Positions 19,645 through 29,804 of a stretch of DNA of 64,000 nt are shown here, one piece after another. The stretch comes from Chloroflexota bacterium (lineage in GTDB: Bacteria > Chloroflexota > UBA11872 > VXOZ01): contig OZ219802.1 in NCBI GenBank assembly GCA_964291655.2, forward strand, positions 2,112,001 to 2,176,000. The letters are read 5' to 3'. The position numbers and the translations under genes are program-made. Under the pieces are notes generated by a model. That model worked only from the letters and a program-made list of their open reading frames with translations, was not told the DNA's origin and ran no database searches. Position 1 is the first letter of the stretch. Every line of letters starts with the position of its first letter.

Positions 19645-20043
19645 CTACTCTCTCCAGCCTGTCGTTTCGCCAAAGAGCGCCATAGTTTCCGCCCGTGTAA
19701 GCGCCCATAGTGAATACACGCCAATAGCCGTGCCAAAGGGAAAATTGAAGAATTGGAGCACGCTCAGGATGAGCACGAGGATCCGCGCCCAGTTCTGCCG
19801 CTGCAGCAGGCCGATGCCGCCAATCAGCCCTGGTACCGACACGAGAAACAAGAACACACCGATAAAGGTGCCGATCGCCGCCCAGATGCCCATTGCCGAC
19901 GTTCCATCGGTGGCAGCCAGCAGCAGCCCGATACCCACAAACACAAGAATCACGAGCGCGGTTACAAGGAGCCCCAGAGCGCTCAATATGATGTGCAACC
20001 ACGCCACAATCTTGACATGGGTCTCGGTGTCCTGTGGGCTCAT
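19645..20043 (-). CDS. Hypothetical membrane protein (3-4 TM)
   Basis: 132 aa; GIGLL...WARIL...FPFGTAIGVYSLW pattern of a widespread small membrane family. Confidence 0.8.
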   Translation of the reverse strand: MSPQDTETHVKIVAWLHIILSALGLLVTALVILVFVGIGLLLAATDGTSAMGIWAAIGTFIGVFLFLVSVPGLIGGIGLLQRQNWARILVLILSVLQFFNFPFGTAIGVYSLWALTRAETMALFGETTGWRE

Positions 20044-20561
20044 GGGAGCAACCTTTCGTGTTTACAATGATAACGCGGTGTATGTTTAAGTTTCGTCAAT
20101 CTTGTGAAAACAAAACGCCGAGTTCCGTTACTTTCATGAAAATAGCGCGAGAGACTCCGTAATTACCGCGAAAGCAAGAATCCATCTACTCTCTTGGCAC
20201 GTGCGTGTCGCCCTAGGCGGAGGGCAGGCCCCCTTCTTCGGTACTGCCGCTTTCTCTTCAAGAGGTGGGGGACAACCCTCAATGTTGTCGCAATTGCGTA
20301 TGATGGCGACGAATACCGCGCCTTACATCCCCGGTAGCGCAGGCCCTTCGACAGAGCCTGCACTGAGCCTGCCGAAGTGCTCAGGACACGTTTGCAACCC
20401 CGTATCGAGTACGGGGCAGGCTCTGCGCCGCTGCAAGGTTAATTCTTTTCGTGTCCGTTTCTCTTTGCTCTGGAGGGGGACACGCCCCCGCGCTACAGCC
20501 TACCCATCGGGCGTGATCTTATGCTCTTTCAAGGCGCGCGCAAACTGCGCAATACCGGCAC

Positions 20562-21557
20562 TCAAGCCAGTGATTGGCGCACACGGTGGGTGGCTTCCAC
20601 TACGTTCTCCAGCTTAGCTACGGCAGACCCGTAAGGAACTGCCTGCAGGCCGCAATCGGGATTGATCCAGAGCTGTTCCGGCGCAAAGTATTCCAGCGCC
20701 AGGCGGATGCGCGCTTCGATCTCTTCCACCGATTCTACACGCGGGTCTTGCGCGTCCACAACTCCATAGCCCATGCCGCGGTCCGCGGGAAACGGATGCT
20801 CGCGCAGGATGTCGAGCATTTCGGGCGCTACGTGCGCCAGCTCCAGGCAGAAGACATGTGCGGGCAGCTCCAGCATCTTGGGATAGACCTCGTGGAACGC
20901 GCCGTAGCACATGTGCGTGAAGACGGTAACATGCTCAGGCAATCCAACGCAGATGCGGCGCATGGCTTCAATGGCTACGTCGAGCTCGGCCGGTTGATCG
21001 TAGCGCGTGACGAATGCCGGTTCGTCGATCTGCAGGTAGCGGACACCTGCCGCCACCAGCCCTTGCACCTCTTCCCGGACGTACTCCGCCAAGCCAAGCA
21101 CCGCAGCGCGTCGGTCGGGGTAATAAAGATCGAATACCCAGTCCCGCAGGGTATAGGAACCAGTAACGGTAACTTTTAGATCGCGCTTGGCGCGCGCCGC
21201 GGCGAATTGGTACCAATCGAGAAGCAACGAGCGCGGCGCGGTTGCCTCACGCCTAATGACCGCCCGCTGGCCGTACATATTGTCCAGTACCCACACGGGA
21301 TCGGGATCGATGTCGGCACAGCCCCAGCCTTCCAAGAAGTAGGTCGTCATGGAGCGGCGGTACTGTTCGCCATCCACGAGCACGTCGATGCCCAGGGACT
21401 CTTGAGTGCGGATCCAATCTGCTACTGCCGCTTCCTGGGCCTGACGCATCCAGGCGCGGTCTTGCTGCTCCAGCGGCGCCATCTCCGCCTGAAACAATTC
21501 AGGTGGCTTGGGCAAGCTGCCGATGCTGGAAATCGGTAGGAGTGGAAGCTGGCTCAT
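20562..21557 (-). CDS. Cobalamin-independent methionine synthase, catalytic (C-terminal) half
   Basis: IGSLPKP, VDGEQ, QIDEP, THMCYG and NPDCGL zinc ligands; true start MSQLP at 21557. Confidence 0.9.
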   Translation of the reverse strand: MSQLPLLPISSIGSLPKPPELFQAEMAPLEQQDRAWMRQAQEAAVADWIRTQESLGIDVLVDGEQYRRSMTTYFLEGWGCADIDPDPVWVLDNMYGQRAVIRREATAPRSLLLDWYQFAAARAKRDLKVTVTGSYTLRDWVFDLYYPDRRAAVLGLAEYVREEVQGLVAAGVRYLQIDEPAFVTRYDQPAELDVAIEAMRRICVGLPEHVTVFTHMCYGAFHEVYPKMLELPAHVFCLELAHVAPEMLDILREHPFPADRGMGYGVVDAQDPRVESVEEIEARIRLALEYFAPEQLWINPDCGLQAVPYGSAVAKLENVVEATHRVRQSLA

Positions 21558-21559
21558 CG

Positions 21560-22570
21560 TTATGCCCCCTTGCCGTCGAACGCATGCGCTACCTGCGCCA
21601 GCATGGCTAGCTTTTCGAATGCGGCGTGGCGCGGCAGGTACAGCAGCGCGGTACTTGGCGCTGCCCAGCAGTTCGCCGCAGGCACGGCAGACGTAATTGC
21701 GGCCAAAGTTTCGCGCAATTCGTCCTCGCTTTCCACACGGATACTGCGGGCGTCGGCGACACCGGCCTGGAGAACGGCGTTTCCGCTCCAAGACTTGAGA
21801 GCCGCCAGGTTCGGCGCGCGGTAGGCGTCCGTGAAGTCCAAGCCCAGCCCGCCCAGGCCGGGGATGGCGAGAAACGGCTGCAGCAGATCGCCAATCTCGC
21901 CGCACGCCAGATGGACGATTACGATCGCTTCCGGCGCCGCTTGCGTAATCCGTTCGATGGCTTGTGCTACCAGCGGAAAGTCGGCGCGATGCTTGGGACG
22001 CAAGACCACTGATTCCTCGATCTGAATATACCGCGCCCCGGCAGCAGCCAGAGCGGCCACGTCCGCCGCCCACATGTCCACGAGCGCCGCAAAGGCTGCC
22101 GGCGTGTCGCCCTGACCCTGCCGGTCCGCGTACGCCCAGATGGTGTAGGGCCCGAAGAGCGCGGGCTTAATGGGCTCCTTGGTAAGCGAGGCGGCGTGGC
22201 GGTAAGCGCTTGCCAGGGGGCTTTTGCCATTGCGTGTCGGCGCCCTATCCAGGACCCAATGGTGGTAGTACGTATTGGTATCCAGGTAGCGTAGCGGGGC
22301 GGCGACTTCCAGGTCCGGCACCACCCGTGCCATCTGAAACCACTCGTCGTATACCGGCACGAAGCCCGGATCGAGGATGTCCACGCCGGCGTCTGCTTGT
22401 GCCGCCAGCAACTCCGCTTGGGTCTCCGTCTGGACAGTGCGCAACTCCCGGTCTTGCCACGCGCTCTCAGGTGTGGGCGTCACTCGCGCCCGCCACTCCT
22501 CCACGGCGGCGCGCAAGGGGTGCTGGCCGTCGCTGACTATAGGAAACCTTCCGGAGGTCGAAACGAGCAT
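21560..22570 (-). CDS. MetE N-terminal-like half (split methionine synthase subunit)
   Basis: RYLDTNTYY (cf. MetE N-domain KWFDTNYHY), GPYTI, QIEE, GVADARS and LLYLP; no zinc ligands; 2 bp from the catalytic half. Confidence 0.8.
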   Translation of the reverse strand: MLVSTSGRFPIVSDGQHPLRAAVEEWRARVTPTPESAWQDRELRTVQTETQAELLAAQADAGVDILDPGFVPVYDEWFQMARVVPDLEVAAPLRYLDTNTYYHHWVLDRAPTRNGKSPLASAYRHAASLTKEPIKPALFGPYTIWAYADRQGQGDTPAAFAALVDMWAADVAALAAAGARYIQIEESVVLRPKHRADFPLVAQAIERITQAAPEAIVIVHLACGEIGDLLQPFLAIPGLGGLGLDFTDAYRAPNLAALKSWSGNAVLQAGVADARSIRVESEDELRETLAAITSAVPAANCWAAPSTALLYLPRHAAFEKLAMLAQVAHAFDGKGA

Positions 22571-22667
22571 GTGTTCTAATCCCTGGTGCTAGGCAAGGTC
22601 AATTCACGCAGGGGCACGATATATCGTGCCCCTACCGCTGCATCAAACGAATATTGGCGAATAGCTT

Positions 22668-24062
22668 CTAGCCCTCCGCCATCAGCGCGTTGGCGCGGTC
22701 TGCGGCTTCGGTGAATGCCTCCGCCACCGTAATCTTGTCCTCCACGATGGCCGTCTGCCATGCTTCCGCGAGGAGGCCTAACACGTCGGCATCTTTGCGG
22801 AAGAGGCCGCCGTTGGGCCACGCGTACTTGCCGCGCACGGGATGCGCGAACGCATCCAGATTCTTATCCGCCAAGGCCGGGAAGTTCTCGCTCATGATGC
22901 TGATGTAACGGTCTTGCATCGAGGCGCGCGGATGCTGGATGCTGGCAATCTGGCACTGTAGGTCAAGGTACGTATCGGTCTGCAGGAATTTCATGAAGTC
23001 CCAAGCGGTATCCGGGTCTTTCGTGCCTTCCCAGACCACCCACGCGTCAATGGAGCCCTGGGTGGCGCGGGCCACCGGACCCTGCGGCAGTGGGGCCACG
23101 TCCCAGTCCGCGACGTTATCGGGGAAGTCAATCGAGTACTGCCCCGGCCCCCACGAACCTTCCTCCCAGGTTGCCAGCGTGCCCTGCATGAGGGCCTGAA
23201 CTTTGCTGCGGTCCAGCGCCGCCCACTCCTCGCCGTGCACCATGCTCCGGTCCTGGTGGAAGCGGGCGTGGACCCACTCCATGGCTTCAATTGCCTGAGG
23301 ACTATCGAAGGTGGCGTGGCGGTCGTTATCAGGATCGACCACGGTGCCGCCGTTTTGAATGATCTTCCAAATGCCGCGGCCCCAGCCCGCGTCCACGCCG
23401 CCAAAGACGGTGTTGGGGCGGTCGGTAAGCCTGAGCATCGCATCCTGGTATTCGTCCCAGCCCCAGGTGTCGTCGGGTAACGTCATGCCCTTCTTATCGA
23501 AGACCTGCTTGTTGTACCAGAGGACGTAGACGTTGATGTACATGGGCAAACCGTACTGACCCGTTTCCGGCCAGTGCATAGCACCAAGCTGGAAGGGGAT
23601 GTAGTCATCCATGGGAAAGCTGTCGCGCTTAATGTAGGGATCCATGTTGAGCAGCAACCCGTCCCGACCCGCCTTGACGAGATTCGTGCCCCACATCATC
23701 GCTATGTCGGTCCCGGACCCGGCCACCCAGGCCGTGATGTAGACTGACGGACTGTCCTTTACACCGAGGACTTCCAGGGTGACGTTGGGGTTGTCCGCCG
23801 AGTATGCATCCGCGCCGGCCTGCGCCGCTTCCACCCAGGTGGAGTCGCCCCAAAGCGACCAACTGAGCGTGACCGGCTCAGCCTGGGGTTCGGCTTTGGG
23901 AGCCTCTGCTTCTTGCTCTTCGGCAGCAGGCGCCTCATCCGTTGTCGCCGCGGGCATGGTCGCTTGGCCGCAGGCGGCCAGGGCGATGGCGCCGAGAGTC
24001 CCACCGCCGAGCCAAAGCACTGAGCGTCGTGTCAAACGGGTCTTGCGATCATCAGTTTCCAC
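22668..24062 (-). CDS. Sugar ABC transporter substrate-binding lipoprotein (Tat signal)
   Basis: TRRSVL twin-arginine, LAAC lipobox, YGLP...WYNK..F family-1 motif; GGAGG before GTG 24062. Confidence 0.88.
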   Translation of the reverse strand: METDDRKTRLTRRSVLWLGGGTLGAIALAACGQATMPAATTDEAPAAEEQEAEAPKAEPQAEPVTLSWSLWGDSTWVEAAQAGADAYSADNPNVTLEVLGVKDSPSVYITAWVAGSGTDIAMMWGTNLVKAGRDGLLLNMDPYIKRDSFPMDDYIPFQLGAMHWPETGQYGLPMYINVYVLWYNKQVFDKKGMTLPDDTWGWDEYQDAMLRLTDRPNTVFGGVDAGWGRGIWKIIQNGGTVVDPDNDRHATFDSPQAIEAMEWVHARFHQDRSMVHGEEWAALDRSKVQALMQGTLATWEEGSWGPGQYSIDFPDNVADWDVAPLPQGPVARATQGSIDAWVVWEGTKDPDTAWDFMKFLQTDTYLDLQCQIASIQHPRASMQDRYISIMSENFPALADKNLDAFAHPVRGKYAWPNGGLFRKDADVLGLLAEAWQTAIVEDKITVAEAFTEAADRANALMAEG

Positions 24063-24702
24063 TTGCCTTACCTCCCGACTTGCCTTCACGGCAAGTCACA
24101 CCTTAACCATAGCGGTTGTCGATTACCTGGTGAGTAAAGCGGTCTCAATTGGATCCCCCGTTGAAGCTGTCTAACCGGTTGTCGCCCTCCCTTCGTTCGC
24201 CCAAATGAATTGAGGGATTCCGTAGTCTGTATTATGCCGGGAGTGAAAGGTTGATGCAATACATTTGGGGAAGTCAAGCCCGTTGGATTGGGGCAAATGG
24301 GCTACACTTGTGAGCCACGCAAGGGGATGGGTAAGCGCACGAACGCTTTTTCCGCCTAGGATGGGCATTCGGATGCAAGAAGAGATGGTCTCCCGCCCCT
24401 AATCACGTGCCGGGAAGGTATCGCGGAGGAGTGACGGATGTCGTCCGCTTTCCATAGTGGCGCGGAAATGGCGACATTAGTCCGGATTACATCGTGGCGC
24501 GGAATTGACGGACTTTGTCCGCTTCACATTGTGGCATGGGATTGACGGTTGCTTTTCGCGTCCGCTGTAGCGCGGGGGCTTGTCCCCCGCTCTTCGCGCA
24601 CAGGACAGGCATAAGCATGAGGGAAGTATTCGCTCATTGCGCAACTGAGCGCGATGCAGTCGTTTCCGACGCACCAACCTCTGACCAGAGCAGTGGGCCT
24701 CC

Positions 24703-25710
24703 CTAACTCAGCAATCCCAACTCACGCTGCGTTTCCTCAATCCGCGCCAGCGCCGCCGCCGGCAGGGGGCCAAGATCGGAAATCGCCGCGTTCTGCTCGA
24801 GCTCAGCGGGATTCATGGCGCCGGGTATCACCGATGACACGCCGGAAAAGCTGAGGATGTAACGCAGGGCGGCTTCGCTCAGACTTCCCGCTATCCCATC
24901 TTCGACCAGCCACATGAAGGACTCCGCCTCCCGTAGACGCGCGGCGAGCTGGTCCCGGGTCATCAAGCTGCGGTGGTCGTCCGGCGCGAACGTATGGTCC
25001 GCCGTGAATGAGCCCGAGAGGAATCCGGAGGCGAGCGGTGACCGGATGACGATGCCGACGCCGCGCTCTTCGGCCAATGGCAAGAGCCGCTCGGTGGGTG
25101 CAGGTTCCAGCAGGCTGAAACCGATCTGTATGATCTCCGCGCGGCCGTCTTCTTCGATGAGCCGAATAGCCTCAGCCGTGGTCGTGGCGGATACGCCGAT
25201 GTGGCCGACGTGCCTTTCTGCACGCAGGTCGACAAGCAGTCCCAGCGGGTCTTCCGCCATTTCGTCTGCGACCGGACTATGCAGGAGCACACCTTCAATG
25301 AGGACCGTCTGCAGACGATCCTTGCTGCGCTGGACACTGGCGCGCAAGGCATCTCGGGTGAAGTCGCGGGCGAGAACCGGCGGCCCACCGTCAGCGGCCG
25401 GCAGAACGTGCTCGCCGCCTTTGGTCTCCACAAAGACCTCAATGTCCTGCAGATGTTGAGGCCGTTGGCGCAACGCCTCGGCAATGTAGACTTCAGCTTC
25501 CGAGTACACCGGCGCGGTGTCGATGAAGTTGAGGCCCAGCGACAGTCCATGATGGATGGTCTCCACCGCCGTCTCAAGGGTTACGGTGCCGTACGTGGCC
25601 GGACCCGACCAGTAGCTGCCGCTCGTAATGAGCGCACCCCCCAGCGGGTACGTGCCTAACCCGACTTCCGACACCTGGTGTCCCGTGTTTCCCAACGGAC
25701 GATAGCGCAT
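24703..25710 (-). CDS. Aldo/keto reductase
   Basis: LGNTG..VSEVGLG, IDTAPVY, RSPLASG and VIPG motifs. Confidence 0.92.
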   Translation of the reverse strand: MRYRPLGNTGHQVSEVGLGTYPLGGALITSGSYWSGPATYGTVTLETAVETIHHGLSLGLNFIDTAPVYSEAEVYIAEALRQRPQHLQDIEVFVETKGGEHVLPAADGGPPVLARDFTRDALRASVQRSKDRLQTVLIEGVLLHSPVADEMAEDPLGLLVDLRAERHVGHIGVSATTTAEAIRLIEEDGRAEIIQIGFSLLEPAPTERLLPLAEERGVGIVIRSPLASGFLSGSFTADHTFAPDDHRSLMTRDQLAARLREAESFMWLVEDGIAGSLSEAALRYILSFSGVSSVIPGAMNPAELEQNAAISDLGPLPAAALARIEETQRELGLLS

Positions 25711-26136
25711 ATTTCCCCCTTCTCACTCTTCCATGTGGCCGGATATCATCGATCAAATGTGTCACAATTGGACAGGAGCGGCTTTGTATGTCATTCCGAG
25801 CGCAGCGTCGAACACTGTTCGCGGAATCTAGGATCAATGTCGAACATAGTCATACAGCTCAGTACACTAGATTCCTCACTCCGCTCGGAATGACATGATC
25901 TGTCAACACTGCTAATTGGGGAGAGAATTCTGTCAACGAATTACTCAACTCTTACAGGAATGACATGCGTGCAGGCAAGCACAGAGCCCTGCTACTAAGT
26001 TTCTTCTGCCAAATCTGCCTGCGAATTACCTGACCTTTACAAGAATGACACTTGAGACTGTCTCTGCGGCTTCCCACCTTCATACCGGGCCAATCAGCAA
26101 CAGTCTTATCACCAGCAAGCGACCGGCTATGCCTGA

Positions 26137-27303
26137 TCACCCACCCAGCGACTCCCAATCTTTCAAAGGAAAGTCGATGCGCCGGCCCTCCTGCGCGGCG
26201 AGATACGCGCCCTCTACCACTTCCAGCGCCCGGGCGCCGTCGATACCGTTGGACTCCGGTTCGCGGTCCTCGCGAATAGCGGTTAGGAGTTCCTTCTCCT
26301 GGGCGGTGAAGCCTCCCGCAAAGGGCACGTGCAGCACGAGCTTTTCATTGGCCATTTCCGGATTGTTGCGGTGCGGCAGCTCGAAGGTGCAATCGGCAAA
26401 TGCCTGGGCAACCTGGGCATCGTCAAACGTTAGCCACGGGAGCTTGTTACTGAAGAGCGTGATCGTCGCATCGGAACCGTGTCCAATGCCGCCGTGAAGT
26501 TTCACGTAGCCCTCGCTGCCGGTCACGAAGATCTCGCGGTGCTGGGGCCCCTGCAGGCACCACACCATTTCAAATACGCCGATAGCGCCGCTATTGAAGC
26601 GGAAGAGCACGTGGGACGTCGTCTCGATCTCCGCCGTTTCCCACAGGAAGTTGTCGAACTCCGCCCCCGCGACGTGCTTCACGCCGCTGCCTTCCCAGAA
26701 GAGGAGGGTATCGATGTAGTAACAGCCGTCGCGGTGGAGCGCGCCGCCGCCGGCCGTGGCCTTGCCGAGTTTCCAGCCCATGTTGGAGCGCGACCCCTGG
26801 GTGATCACGTCCTTGTGCAGCATGTGGCGTTCCAGCACGTGGTAGACGTCGCCAATGAGCCCGGCGTCGAGGATGCGCTTGACCGCGCGGGCAGGAGGCT
26901 CGAAACGGTCGCGGTCGGCGGTCATGAGCTTCACACCGGCCTCGCGGCAGGCGCGGATCGCTTCCACTGCCTCGTCCATGTCGAGCACGAGAGGCTTTTC
27001 GCAGAGGATGTGCACACCGGCTTCCGCTGCCGCCAGAATAGCGGGCAAGTGGAGGTGATGGGGCAGGCAGATGTCCACGGCCTGCACCTCCGGCCGCCTG
27101 ACCACCTCCGCAAAGTCGGAAGCCGCAGCCCTGGCGCCGTACTGCTGCACCCTGGCTTCGGCGCGTTCCAGGTCGTTGTCGCAAGCCACCTCCAGCCGTG
27201 CCTCTCCGGCCTTTTCCAGGCGCTGCCAACCGTCGAAATGAGGATGGGAAATGCCGCCGCACCCCAGGACCGCTACCCCTATCGGACCGCTCGTTGTTGC
27301 CAT
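26137..27303 (-). CDS. Gfo/Idh/MocA family oxidoreductase
   Basis: LGCGGI, CEKP and GGG motifs; GGAGGA RBS. Confidence 0.9.
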   Translation of the reverse strand: MATTSGPIGVAVLGCGGISHPHFDGWQRLEKAGEARLEVACDNDLERAEARVQQYGARAAASDFAEVVRRPEVQAVDICLPHHLHLPAILAAAEAGVHILCEKPLVLDMDEAVEAIRACREAGVKLMTADRDRFEPPARAVKRILDAGLIGDVYHVLERHMLHKDVITQGSRSNMGWKLGKATAGGGALHRDGCYYIDTLLFWEGSGVKHVAGAEFDNFLWETAEIETTSHVLFRFNSGAIGVFEMVWCLQGPQHREIFVTGSEGYVKLHGGIGHGSDATITLFSNKLPWLTFDDAQVAQAFADCTFELPHRNNPEMANEKLVLHVPFAGGFTAQEKELLTAIREDREPESNGIDGARALEVVEGAYLAAQEGRRIDFPLKDWESLGG

Positions 27304-27662
27304 GGTTGCTCACTTCCTCCATTTGAACGTACTGCCACCCCTTACAGGCCTATTGTATGGTACGCCATTGACGGTAATGTCAGCTATGCGATGCAGTACC
27401 CCTCCCCGCGCAGGGCAACGGTACGCCTATGGCAAGCGAAGAAGCTGCTGCACTGCGATTGGCAAACTTGCCGTCCTTCTTCACGCAATCCAGGCTGCTG
27501 AACAAAATACTCCTCCCCAGTATGAAGCCGAGTATTGTACAATGTCAGCCAGCGAATGAGAGAGGTGTTTTGGGTCGACAGCAGGCGAGAGGGTCGGCGC
27601 CGTTTCGCGAACGGCAACGGCGGCCCGGGTCGTCGCTTCGACGAGCACAGGACAGAACCTTC

Positions 27663-28172
27663 ATGAGTGTACGCAGGTCGGCGAGAAAGAGCCAGGGCAC
27701 ACCCGGGCGGTGGCTCGTACTGATTGCGGCCGCTGTGGTGACGGCGACTGTCGTGCTGGCGGCCGTATGGTTATTCGTTGGGGGCGCGGGCGAACCCAGC
27801 CGGGCCGACGCCACCAATCGGCAATTGGTACGCAACGGTGAGGTCCTGTATCAATTGCACTGCGCCAGTTGCCACGGTGCGGACCTGGAAGGACAACCGA
27901 ACTGGCGCGAGCGGGACGAGGACGGTCTGCTGCCGGCGCCACCCCACGACATGACTGGACACACGTGGCACCACAGCGACGCGCTGCTCTTCGACGTCAC
28001 GAAATACGGTTCAACCGCTGTCGTCGGCAGCGACTATATGAGCAACATGCCCGGCTTTGAAGACAAGATGAGCGACGGCGAGATTTGGGCGGTGCTCGCC
28101 TACATTAAGAGCACCTGGCCGCCGGACATCCAGGAGATACAGTCAGATCTGGAAGACACGCGGCAGCAGTAG
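27663..28172 (+). CDS. Membrane-anchored monoheme cytochrome c
   Basis: N-terminal TM helix, CASCH heme motif, PAPPHD.TGHTWHH, distal Met in MPGF. Confidence 0.9.
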   Translation: MSVRRSARKSQGTPGRWLVLIAAAVVTATVVLAAVWLFVGGAGEPSRADATNRQLVRNGEVLYQLHCASCHGADLEGQPNWRERDEDGLLPAPPHDMTGHTWHHSDALLFDVTKYGSTAVVGSDYMSNMPGFEDKMSDGEIWAVLAYIKSTWPPDIQEIQSDLEDTRQQ

Positions 28173-28301
28173 GTGTCGTTTTGCCCGCCTGTCGGAGAGG
28201 CGCTCGTATCGTTGTAGGGGCACGACATGTCGTGCTCCTACGCGCGCGCATCGCCGATGGATAGCAGCCAGTGCAAGAACTCGACAGTGTAATACCGCAG
28301 C

Positions 28302-29651
28302 CTACATACCCACGTTGAGGTTCCAAGTGTAAGCGGTCTTGCCATTGGCGTTGTCGACCTGGCACGTCACGTGATGCGTTCCGGGATCCAGCGAAGAGAA
28401 GCGTAGCGTGCCGGTGCGCTCTGCGAGCGGCTCCCCATCAATGGTCCACGTATACCTCAGCGTGGGGTCGGTGTGCTCTGCAACGTCGAGCGTCGCGTAG
28501 CCGATGTGGCGGTAGGCGAAGCCCCGACCGGGGCCTGGGGTGCCGTCGGCCTGCACCCAGCCCTCCAGCATGTCACGGGCGGAGTAGTAGAGCACGTAGC
28601 GGCCGGGCAGCTTGAGCACGTGGGGCGTGGAGGTGTAGCGGGCGTCGAATGCATTCTTGTCCGCGCTAGGTGGGAACACGGGATGCCCGGGGCGATCCGT
28701 CCACTCCTTGCCGTCCGTCGAGCGGGCAATGGTGAGGTCGAACCAGTCACCATAGGCGTCGTCGAGTTTACCCCGCGCAAACGCTACGTCATCCCGCAGA
28801 CTCTCACGGTGGCCGCCGTGCCACATGACGAATCCCGGTCCGTCGCGAATGACGTGCGGATAGACGCACGACTTGTAGATGCCTTCCGGTTGAATGACGT
28901 CGGCAATCTCCTCCCAGTGAATGCCGTCGGATGAGCGCAAGAGCATGATGTGACCGTAGATCGAGCTGGGGTCGGGATCGCCCAGCGGCCGGGAGTTTGC
29001 CCACATGGTGAAGGTGCCGTCGGCTTCCTGGATAACGGAGGCGCAGCGTCCGCTGCGCGTGACCGGCTCCGGGTGGATGTCCCACGCAATGCCGTCGGGG
29101 CTCTCGGCATAGCCCACCTGCTGCGTCATCTCCACCAGCTCGCCGTCGTCGGTCTGCTCCCAGTGCGTGAGCGCGGAAAACCACATGCGATATTTGCGGT
29201 CTGCCAGGTCGTAGAGCACGAAGGGACTCTGAAAGCACCAGCCCCAGCCGCCGGCCTTCTGCAAGTCTTCATCGGTGACGATGGGGTTGCCGGGATACTC
29301 TTCCCATTGGATGCCGTCAAGCGAGGTGGCGTAACCTAAACTGCAGTTGGCGGGCCGCGGCGGGCCGGACGTGGCAACGTACCACATCTTGTAAAGGCCG
29401 TCGGCGCGAATGACCCGCGGCATGTAGAGCATCACCCGCGACCAGTCCTGCGTGGTGTTCGTGGTGGAAAGCACCGGCTCCGCACGCCGCTGCCACGCCT
29501 GCTCCGACGGCACCGTCTGCCAAGGCTCGATCTCCACACTCAACTCGACCGTTTCCCCAACCGCCAACGCTATCTCCGGGCCGGTGGGGTTTATCGCACT
29601 AATGTGGGGTACGTACCACTTGGAAGGGAAGCTTGAAGACGTGCTTGGCAT
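28302..29651 (-). CDS. Five-bladed beta-propeller glycoside-hydrolase-like protein with Ig-like segments
   Basis: Repeated P.V...MW...YA.S.DG..W blades (SLDGIQW, SPDGIAW, SSDGIHW, STDGKEW). Confidence 0.75.
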   Translation of the reverse strand: MPSTSSSFPSKWYVPHISAINPTGPEIALAVGETVELSVEIEPWQTVPSEQAWQRRAEPVLSTTNTTQDWSRVMLYMPRVIRADGLYKMWYVATSGPPRPANCSLGYATSLDGIQWEEYPGNPIVTDEDLQKAGGWGWCFQSPFVLYDLADRKYRMWFSALTHWEQTDDGELVEMTQQVGYAESPDGIAWDIHPEPVTRSGRCASVIQEADGTFTMWANSRPLGDPDPSSIYGHIMLLRSSDGIHWEEIADVIQPEGIYKSCVYPHVIRDGPGFVMWHGGHRESLRDDVAFARGKLDDAYGDWFDLTIARSTDGKEWTDRPGHPVFPPSADKNAFDARYTSTPHVLKLPGRYVLYYSARDMLEGWVQADGTPGPGRGFAYRHIGYATLDVAEHTDPTLRYTWTIDGEPLAERTGTLRFSSLDPGTHHVTCQVDNANGKTAYTWNLNVGM

Positions 29652-29804
29652 AGATGAACTCCACTGACGGTTGCAGTGATTAGAAGACTACGGCAACTAC
29701 TGATAGGGGAATGAGTCCAAGGCCCGCTTTTCCCCGGTGTGAAGACGCCGCCGCAAAACGCCATTTCACGCGACTCATAGCGCGCTTGAAATTGGCCTCG
29801 GCAG

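Noticed and set aside
21558-22073. N-terminal extension of the 503-aa MetE ORF in the track
   Set aside because: It is an alternative frame of the upstream MetE-N gene; the real start is 21557
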